Positions 1-6,052 of a DNA stretch of 24,684 bases are shown one piece after another; position 1 is the stretch's first letter, and every line of letters begins with the position of its first letter. The notes beneath the pieces were generated by a model, which saw nothing but the letters and a program-made list of their open reading frames with translations, had not been told where the DNA came from and did no database searches. The position numbers and the translations under genes are program-made. Source of the DNA: a virus (Duplodnaviria; Caudoviricetes); the IMG/VR virus record IMGVR_UViG_3300044936_000107, positions 1 through 24,684 of that record; one strand, written 5' to 3'.

Positions 1-1260
1 GTGGGGCGTGCGGTGAAGCTCCCGTCCGGGGTGAGCGTGACGGGATCGGGTAGGTACAAGGTGCGGGTCAGGTGGGAGGGCTGCCAGTACACGCTGGGCA
101 CGTTCCACGCGCTGGCGGACGCGTCCACGGCCCTGGATATTGCTCGCGGTGAGATCGCGTCCCGCACCTTTGTGCCACCGTCGGTGCGGCGCCAGCGGGA
201 GAGGGACGCTGCAGCCCAGGCGGAGGCGGAGCGGGCAGCCAAGATGTACACGGTGCAGGACCTCTACGACGACTGGATGGCGTGGCAGAAGCGCCGCGAC
301 CTCAAGCAGGGCACGTTGTATTCGAGGGAGCGCCGGTACGCGCACGACATCGAACCGGCCTTCGGGAGCATACCGGCGGCGGAGGTGACACCGAAGATGG
401 TGGAAGCCTGGTACGACGGCATGGTGAAGCGGGGCTCGGCGGCCATGGCCCTGTCCACGCTCTCGCAGATGTACTCGTACGGGTCTGGCGCGGCTGCGCA
501 TCTTCCGGCGGGGTTCGTGCCGGTGATGGAGGGGAATCCGGCGCGGATCACGACGGGGCGGGCTAAGCCAATCCGGAAGCCGCATCGTGAGGTGGCGACG
601 CCGGGGGAGGTGTCGGCGTTAGCGGCTGGCATGCCTGACTCTGAGCGTCTGGCCGTCCTTCTGGCCGCCTGGTGCGGGCTGCGGATCGGTGAGGTGCTGG
701 GGCTGCGACGCCGTGACTTATGGAAGGCGGATGGGCATCGGTTTGTGCGGGTGGAGCGGCAGGTGCAGGCCCGTGGCGGTGGGCTGCGTGAGGAGACCGT
801 GAAGACGAAGGCAGGGAACCGTGACGTGCCGGTGCCCGCGGCGCTCGCTGGTGCGGTGGATGCTCACCTGCTGGCGTGGGCTGGCATGGGTGAGGACGGG
901 CTACTGTTCCCGCGGGAGCAGCGGGGCCGGTTCCATCTGCACCCGAACGTGCTGCGGACGCATTTCAACGCGGCGAGGGACGCGCACAACGCGGAGCAGG
1001 TGAAGGCGAAGGGCCCGACGCTCACCGGGTTCGTGTTCCATGACTTGCGGAAGACCGCGCTCACACGTGTGGGACGTGCCGGGGCGACGGGAGCGGAGCT
1101 GATGCGTTGGGGTGGGCACGCGGACTTGGAGGCGGTGCAGATCTACCAGCGGGCAGACCTGGACGGGCTGGCGAGGCTGGCGGACACGATGGACGCGGAC
1201 GTGGTGGTGCCTGGTCCCGTGGCTCCGGTATCAGACATCAACAGCCGCAAGGCGTCCTAG
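1..1260 (+). CDS. int: Tyrosine recombinase / phage integrase (419 aa)
   Basis: Catalytic motifs GLRIGEVLGL (R), VKTKAG (K), FHDLR (HxxR), WGGH (H), QIY (Y); N-terminal arm-binding-like segment (GRYKVRVRWEG..LGTF). The GTG at base 1 has no visible upstream context, so the start is uncertain. Confidence 0.95.
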   Translation: MGRAVKLPSGVSVTGSGRYKVRVRWEGCQYTLGTFHALADASTALDIARGEIASRTFVPPSVRRQRERDAAAQAEAERAAKMYTVQDLYDDWMAWQKRRDLKQGTLYSRERRYAHDIEPAFGSIPAAEVTPKMVEAWYDGMVKRGSAAMALSTLSQMYSYGSGAAAHLPAGFVPVMEGNPARITTGRAKPIRKPHREVATPGEVSALAAGMPDSERLAVLLAAWCGLRIGEVLGLRRRDLWKADGHRFVRVERQVQARGGGLREETVKTKAGNRDVPVPAALAGAVDAHLLAWAGMGEDGLLFPREQRGRFHLHPNVLRTHFNAARDAHNAEQVKAKGPTLTGFVFHDLRKTALTRVGRAGATGAELMRWGGHADLEAVQIYQRADLDGLARLADTMDADVVVPGPVAPVSDINSRKAS

Positions 1261-1431
1261 TCCCCGATCTCTCCGCGTGCGTAGGTATGGGGTGGGTTCT
1301 CCGCGGTCGATGCGTGCGTCGCCTGACCCTGAACGCACGAATACGGGCTGTTGTCGGATGAGAGTTGCAGGGGCTCCCGGAGTGTCGAGGCGTAGCCTGT
1401 AATGGTGCTCACCTATCGAAGGGGCAGTGTT

Positions 1432-1686
1432 GTGGAAACTGGAAAGACGCCGATAACGGATGACCTGTCCAAACGCCTGAAGGAGCGGGCGGACTTCATG
1501 AAGCAAGATCGCGGTTCGATGACGTCTCTGAACACGGATGACCTTGGTAACGCGGTGGCGCAGGCGCGGTTCGCGGCGGCGGCACAGTCCGAGCTTGTGC
1601 GCGCTTTCGCTCGCCTCGAGGTCCTCGTCCGTACAGGACATGAGCCCGATGACGGGTTCATGGATGAGCTGTTCACACAGAGCTAG
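1432..1686 (+). CDS. Hypothetical helical protein (84 aa from GTG 1432; alternative ATG 1402)
   Basis: GAAGGGG SD-like sequence at 1418-1424, 7 nt before GTG 1432; followed by terminator-like hairpins; no family recognised. Confidence 0.65.
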   Translation: METGKTPITDDLSKRLKERADFMKQDRGSMTSLNTDDLGNAVAQARFAAAAQSELVRAFARLEVLVRTGHEPDDGFMDELFTQS

Positions 1687-1771
1687 TGGCCCCTATTCCG
1701 ACTCGTGCCGTGGTGCCCGTGCGAGGTTGGCATCGCTGCTTTCCCGATCCTGAGAAGACGCTTGGGACGCC

Positions 1772-1807
1772 AAAAGGCCGGTGACTCGTGTATCGAGCCC
1801 CGGCCTT
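1772..1807. terminator. Hairpin, probable terminator (U-tract on the minus strand)
   Basis: AAGGCCGG(1774-1781)...CTCG-TGTAT-CGAG...CCGGCCTT(1800-1807); the AAAA run at 1772-1775 overlaps its left end. Confidence 0.5.
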
Positions 1808-1814
1808 CATATCG

Positions 1815-1840
1815 GGTGCGGGTCATCCGCACCATTTTCT
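1815..1840 (+). terminator. Intrinsic terminator after the int / orphan ORF region
   Basis: GGTGCGG-gtcat-CCGCACC followed by ATTTTCT. Confidence 0.6.
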
Positions 1841-1889
1841 AGTCTACACGGTGCGTGAGTGGAGAGGTAAGTGAGGTGCCCCGGAAACG

Positions 1890-1923
1890 ACGAAAGCGCC
1901 CCGCCCGGTGAAGGGTGGGGCGT
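1890..1923 (-). terminator. Terminator-like hairpin at the left edge of the GNAT cassette
   Basis: GCGCCCCGCCC(1896-1906)-ggtgaa-GGGTGGGGCGT(1913-1923), preceded by CGAAA (TTTCG on the minus strand). Confidence 0.55.
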
Positions 1924-2082
1924 GGGTGGTGGGTTGGACACTCGTCGAACGCCAGTCCTAGTTGTCCACATCGAGTCCACAGGTTCGAATTGTCGACTTC
2001 CCTGTGATCCTGGGCATCTGGTGATGTCCATCCACAGGTGTGACTTGTCACTGATGACTCGCGTTGCTGGACACTTTCGCGC

Positions 2083-2125
2083 TATGGTTTGGGTGTCTAC
2101 CTGTTGTAGACAGCTAGGAAGGAGA
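2083..2125 (+). promoter_or_regulatory. Putative -10 element, operator palindrome and RBS of the two-gene cassette
   Basis: TATGGT (TAnnnT) at 2083-2088; perfect inverted repeat TGTCTAC-N5-GTAGACA at 2094-2112; AGGAAGGAG immediately upstream of ATG 2132. No clear -35. Confidence 0.5.
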
Positions 2126-2131
2126 CCGAAG

Positions 2132-2335
2132 ATGCCCACGGCAACTCAAGCACGATTGGCCATCGCGGCACGTTCCAGCGAGTCGTCTGAGTTGGATGAT
2201 GGCTACGGCTTCACGGAAGCTCGGCATAAGGCTGAGCTTGCAAAGTTCGACATGATTGACGCGAGGATGACGAACGCTCAAGTCGTCCGGGCTACGGAGT
2301 ATATCCGCGCACTTCGCCGTGCTCGACTGGCATGA
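2132..2335 (+). CDS. Small protein (67 aa), candidate antitoxin/partner of the downstream GNAT
   Basis: Strong SD before ATG 2132 (the ORF-track start at 1871 has no such support); overlaps the GNAT start by 17 nt. Confidence 0.75.
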   Translation: MPTATQARLAIAARSSESSELDDGYGFTEARHKAELAKFDMIDARMTNAQVVRATEYIRALRRARLA

Positions 2336-2870
2336 GCTAAGCCGGGAGCACATACAAGACCTCAAGCAGTTCGTGTGTGCCGATCCTCCCCGAGCACCCC
2401 GATATGAGCTCGGTGCAGGGAAAGTCCCTCATAAGTACCCGCACGAGTTGGCAGTGCAAAATCACGTGCGTGCCTGCGCTCCACGCGGCAACAACTACGA
2501 CCGGACGATTCAAGTCGGATACGAGGGCTCTACGTTGGCTGGGTTCGTTGAGCTGGAGGTGCAGCGTGGTACAGCCCCCGATACGGGCGAGGTCTTTGGC
2601 CAGCTCTTGATCGCGTGCCTTGCGGTAGGGGTCGAGTACCGTGGCAAGGGTGTGGGAGATGCTGCGGTTCTTAGGGGTTTACGGTGCGCGGCTGAGCTCG
2701 ACGCTCGGCATAGCACCGGGATGGAAGAAGTCGATTGCCCTGTTCCGGTCTGGGCGCATATCAGAAAGTACAACGTGCCGAGCCAGCGTTTATTCGGTCG
2801 GCATGGGTTTGTTCGAGTGTGGGACCACGAGGATGATCCGGACTGCGAAGTATGGGCGATGATTCCATAG
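2319..2870 (+). CDS. GNAT-family acetyltransferase (183 aa), candidate toxin
   Basis: Acetyl-CoA motif A LAVGVEYRGKGVG and motif B NVPSQRLFGRHGF; the N-terminal DLKQFVC resembles the FxC segment of tRNA-acetylating GNAT toxins. Confidence 0.85.
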   Translation: MLDWHELSREHIQDLKQFVCADPPRAPRYELGAGKVPHKYPHELAVQNHVRACAPRGNNYDRTIQVGYEGSTLAGFVELEVQRGTAPDTGEVFGQLLIACLAVGVEYRGKGVGDAAVLRGLRCAAELDARHSTGMEEVDCPVPVWAHIRKYNVPSQRLFGRHGFVRVWDHEDDPDCEVWAMIP

Positions 2871-2873
2871 ACA

Positions 2874-2920
2874 GCACGAAAGCGCCCCCGCATCGCAATG
2901 ATGCGGGGGCGCTCGTGTTT
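2874..2920. terminator. Bidirectional terminator between convergent GNAT and holin genes
   Basis: AGCGCCCCCGCATC-gcaat-GATGCGGGGGCGCT perfect 14-bp stem (2881-2913) flanked by GAAA on the left and GTGTTT on the right. Confidence 0.85.
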
Positions 2921-2975
2921 GTGCCGTCAGCGGCGTGCACGTGTGGTGGTCGTGACCCAGCCACCACGCTGGGGA

Positions 2976-3329
2976 TCATGCCGAGTGCCGGGGCTCATAA
3001 GGATCAGCATCCTCCACCGGGGCGTTCTGCTCCGGGTTCGTCTCGGTGTCCGTGGCAGGGTCGTAGTAGTCGGCCACGTTCTCCACCTGCTCTGGGTCTT
3101 CCGGCGCTCCGTCGTCCTCACCGAGGTCCTCCTCGTTGGGCGCGGGGACCGCCCAGCCGCCCAGCAGGCCCAGCAGCGCCGTCAGCACCACCGTGATGGG
3201 CGCCTCCAGCTCTCTAGCGTCCACACCAGCACGCTCCAGCACCCAGACGATGATGCCCGCCAGCGCCGCACCCACTGCGCCACCGGTGGCCGAGGCCGTG
3301 GTGACCTTGCCGATCGTTCGAGTTCTCAT
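2976..3329 (-). CDS. Holin-like membrane protein (117 aa; 2 TM plus acidic tail)
   Basis: Directly follows the endolysin with a TGATG overlap at 3329 and a GGAGG SD; two hydrophobic segments (GGAVGAALAGIIVWVL, ITVVLTALLGLLGGWAV); D/E/P-rich C-terminus. Confidence 0.8.
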   Translation of the reverse strand: MRTRTIGKVTTASATGGAVGAALAGIIVWVLERAGVDARELEAPITVVLTALLGLLGGWAVPAPNEEDLGEDDGAPEDPEQVENVADYYDPATDTETNPEQNAPVEDADPYEPRHSA

Positions 3330-4750
3330 CACTTTTTCCTCCATGCGTTCAGATGCCGCTGCTCGGCCTTCACGGTCTCACGGCCCTCCAGGCCGTCGGT
3401 GCGCCACTTCTTGGCGTCGAGGCGCTTGGTCTTCTTGAGGTAGGTCTGTAGGGCCTTGATGGATGCCTTGCCCCATACGCCGTCCAGCTTGTACTTCTTG
3501 GTGTAGGTGCCCTTCTTGCGTAGCCACGCCTGCATGGCCAGCGCCGTGTAGTAGCCCCACGTGCCGTCTGTAGTGCGCTTGTAGTAGCCGTATCGCTTGA
3601 GGAGCTTCTGCCAGGCGGTGATCGTGGTGGGGCCCTTGACCCCATCCACCCTCAGCTTGGCGTACAGGTACTTGGACGAGGGCCGCTTGGCAGGCGTCTT
3701 GGATCCCACCACGCTGACCGGCGCGGAGCCAACCTTCACCCCGTACTTGGTGAAGCAACGCTGCGGGTCGTAATCCGAATACGGGTTGTCGGCGTCCGCC
3801 CAGCACTCGAAGTGCAGGTGCGGTCCAGTCTGGTGCCCTGAGGTGTCGTTGTAGCCGATCACCTGCCCCTGCACGACCTTCTGCCCGACCTTCACGATGG
3901 GGCGCATGTGGTTGTAGCCCTGGCCCTCCCCGTCCGGGTTCTCGATCAGGACGCCGTTGCCGGTGCGGCCTGGTGCCCACGTGGAGAGGGAGTTGCCATG
4001 CTTGGACCAGGTGACCGCCTTCTTGACGGTCCCCGCGAATGCTGCGTAGACCGGTAGGCCGACCTGCCCAGGCACGGGCGTGGCAATATCCATGCCCGCG
4101 TGGTTCAGGTAGCCGTGCCATCTTGCTGAGAGCCAGCCCTGGAACGGACTGACCATGTGTGGTCTCTTTGTCACCTTGTCCTCCTTGCCGCCCACGGCCT
4201 TGATGATCGCGGGCATCTGCTTGATCCTGTCGTCCCCTGGGCAGGCGCGTCCGTATCCGGCGGCGCCGGTCCAGTCCTCCCCGCCGCCCCGCTGGCTACG
4301 GCCCTTGAGGATCGACGGGGTGGAGGGGTAGTTGCCGTCGCAGCCGAGCCGGTGCCACCCGATGCCCTTCTCCGTGACGACGGAGGATGCCATCTGCCGG
4401 ACGGGGATGCCGTGCTGCTTGCACGCCCACTGGCACAGCGCGACGATGGCCTGCACCTGCTTCGCGGTCCACGGCTCCGAGCCCAGGCCCTCGGTCTCGA
4501 TGGTCACTGAGCGCGGGTTGCCTTGGACGTTCGCCCACGACATGTAGGCCGTGTCCACCATCTGCTCGACGATGCCCGTCTTGCGGACGTAGAAGTGGCT
4601 CGACGCCTGCGCGGACGGGTTGCTGAACCAGCCCTGCAACGAATCTCCGTTGCTGGCTGCGGTGTGCAGGATCACGCAATCCTTCGCCGTCACGGTCCGC
4701 GTGTAGTTGTGGCTGATGGGCTTCTTCAACGCCTTGGGATACCAGGCCAT
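3329..4750 (-). CDS. Endolysin (473 aa): Amidase_2 + M23 peptidase + peptidoglycan-binding repeats
   Basis: Amidase motifs ILHT, SSHF, TIETEG, GWHR, ACPG; M23 motifs HAGMD, YNHM, TGPHLHFE; four DGxxGxxT/S repeats at the C-terminus. Confidence 0.93.
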   Translation of the reverse strand: MAWYPKALKKPISHNYTRTVTAKDCVILHTAASNGDSLQGWFSNPSAQASSHFYVRKTGIVEQMVDTAYMSWANVQGNPRSVTIETEGLGSEPWTAKQVQAIVALCQWACKQHGIPVRQMASSVVTEKGIGWHRLGCDGNYPSTPSILKGRSQRGGGEDWTGAAGYGRACPGDDRIKQMPAIIKAVGGKEDKVTKRPHMVSPFQGWLSARWHGYLNHAGMDIATPVPGQVGLPVYAAFAGTVKKAVTWSKHGNSLSTWAPGRTGNGVLIENPDGEGQGYNHMRPIVKVGQKVVQGQVIGYNDTSGHQTGPHLHFECWADADNPYSDYDPQRCFTKYGVKVGSAPVSVVGSKTPAKRPSSKYLYAKLRVDGVKGPTTITAWQKLLKRYGYYKRTTDGTWGYYTALAMQAWLRKKGTYTKKYKLDGVWGKASIKALQTYLKKTKRLDAKKWRTDGLEGRETVKAEQRHLNAWRKK

Positions 4751-4770
4751 GCGCTACCCCTTTCGGGCAT

Positions 4771-4801
4771 AAGGAAGGCCCCTGACCTATGGTCGGGGGC
4801 C
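4771..4801 (-). terminator. Hairpin/weak terminator directly upstream of the endolysin RBS
   Basis: GGCCCCTGACC-tat-GGTCGGGGGCC (4777-4801, one imperfect pair), followed on the minus strand by TTCCTT. Confidence 0.5.
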
Positions 4802-5101
4802 GAGGAGTTTGAGGATGTCTGGGGGTGGGGGTGGTGTGCCGCCTGCGTGGATCAGCTGGACGCGGAGGGCGGCGTTCTCAGACTCGAGGATCTGGCGCCA
4901 CCTGCGTTCGTAGTCCTCACGGTCCTCGGCTCGATCCACGGTGGCGCGTTGGGCGGCTGCTTCCTCAGCGATCTCCCTGTTGCGGAGGCGGCGGGCCTCG
5001 GCCCGGCCAGTCCACTTCTGGATGGCCGAGTTCACGGCCACACCGACAGTCGTAGAGCCGAAGATGATGCCCAGCAGTTTCACCCAGGGGTTTTCTTCCA
5101 C
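4787..5101 (-). CDS. Single-TM lysis-cassette protein with coiled coil (104 aa)
   Basis: GGAGGT SD before GTG; N-terminal hydrophobic helix, charged helical body, Pro-rich C-terminus. Confidence 0.75.
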   Translation of the reverse strand: MEENPWVKLLGIIFGSTTVGVAVNSAIQKWTGRAEARRLRNREIAEEAAAQRATVDRAEDREDYERRWRQILESENAALRVQLIHAGGTPPPPPDILKLLGPRP

Positions 5102-5111
5102 AGGTGACCTC

Positions 5112-5537
5112 CTAGCGGCCAGGCTCGTACGGCTCCCGCAAGATGCGTTGCAAGCGGATGAGAAGCCACAGCAGCAGCGCCGACACCACCAACGCTTGCG
5201 GCCACCTGTTCCCCGCGCCCGTCGTGACCAGTGCCTGCGCGATGATCGTGTACAGGTATAAGGACACCGATCCGGTCACCAGTACCAGGCACGGGCGCTC
5301 CCACAGCCAGGCACCAGACGGCGTGAAGATCGCTGCCCCATACCCGCCCAGCATCATCGACCACGCCCAGATCACCGAGTACGCCGGACCCAGCGGCCCA
5401 TCCACCGAGTTCGGGGGGTTGATGACCGCTGACAGGCCAGCCGTCCCCAGCAGCAGATACAGTGCCGCCACCTGGATCGTGATGACCCGAGGCTCACGCA
5501 CCGCGCCCCACGCACGCTTGATCCAGTGAGGTCTCAT
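5112..5537 (-). CDS. Four-TM membrane protein, holin-like (141 aa)
   Basis: ATGA overlap with the upstream gene at 5534-5537; four hydrophobic stretches; lies in the lysis cassette. Confidence 0.8.
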   Translation of the reverse strand: MRPHWIKRAWGAVREPRVITIQVAALYLLLGTAGLSAVINPPNSVDGPLGPAYSVIWAWSMMLGGYGAAIFTPSGAWLWERPCLVLVTGSVSLYLYTIIAQALVTTGAGNRWPQALVVSALLLWLLIRLQRILREPYEPGR

Positions 5538-6052
5538 GGGGTGACCTCTTCCCACCCTGCTGGGTAGTCCGTTGGCGTCCAGACGTTCCCGTCGATCTTT
5601 GAGCTGTACGTCTTCCCCTGGTAGGTCACCAGGTCACCGGCCTTGTACGCGTCGTGTTGTCCGGTCGGGGGCACGTAGGGCATGGCGCCCGATCCCGTGT
5701 CCCCGCCGTCAGTGGACCCGTCAGCGTTGGAGATGGCCCGCCAGCCGGACTCACCAGGACGCCAGACATTGGGTGTGGTGAGGCTGGCCCACCGGATGCC
5801 GTTGTGCACGACGATGTCGCCTGCCTTGTACGCGTCCAATGCGGATGTGGGCTGCACCCAGGGTGCCCCGTCCTCGGGTGTGGGTGCGGCACCGGCGTCG
5901 CGGGCCTCCTGCAGCTGCGCGGCCGCGAGCACCATGAACTCTGCTGCCGCCCGGCGTCGGCCCTGCTCGGCACTAACGGCGTCGGTGAGGGCCTGGAGGA
6001 CGTCGGGGGTCGCCGCCTCCAACTCGGCGGCGGTCGGTATCTGGATGGTCAT
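5534..6052 (-). CDS. Protein with two CBM5/12-like (chitin-binding type) repeats (172 aa)
   Basis: Two copies of the pattern DAYKAGD.V...G..(W/Y).S....NVW.P...GW; ATGA overlap with the fibre gene. Confidence 0.8.
   Translation of the reverse strand: MTIQIPTAAELEAATPDVLQALTDAVSAEQGRRRAAAEFMVLAAAQLQEARDAGAAPTPEDGAPWVQPTSALDAYKAGDIVVHNGIRWASLTTPNVWRPGESGWRAISNADGSTDGGDTGSGAMPYVPPTGQHDAYKAGDLVTYQGKTYSSKIDGNVWTPTDYPAGWEEVTP

Noticed and set aside
1240-1260. Integrase C-terminus (RKAS) as an ssrA-like degron of an integration-dependent immunity switch
   Set aside because: Match is too short; those integrases typically lack the N-terminal arm domain seen here, and the repressor is outside the window.
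1913-1933. Four G-tracts matching a G-quadruplex pattern
   Set aside because: Half of it is explained by the terminator stem, and such runs are frequent at this GC content.
1978-2006. AGGTTCGAAT resembling a tRNA T-loop (possible tRNA-derived att core)
   Set aside because: The following bases do not close a T-arm and no acceptor stem or CCA follows; no tRNA can be supported.
1871-2131. 87-codon N-terminal extension of the 2132-2335 ORF in the ORF track
   Set aside because: Runs through a terminator hairpin and the putative promoter; the strong SD sits before ATG 2132.
3329-3344. Possible dual-start (holin/antiholin) motif MEEKVM
   Set aside because: ATG 3344 has no SD of its own and abuts the SD serving ATG 3329; the sequence is constrained by the endolysin C-terminus.
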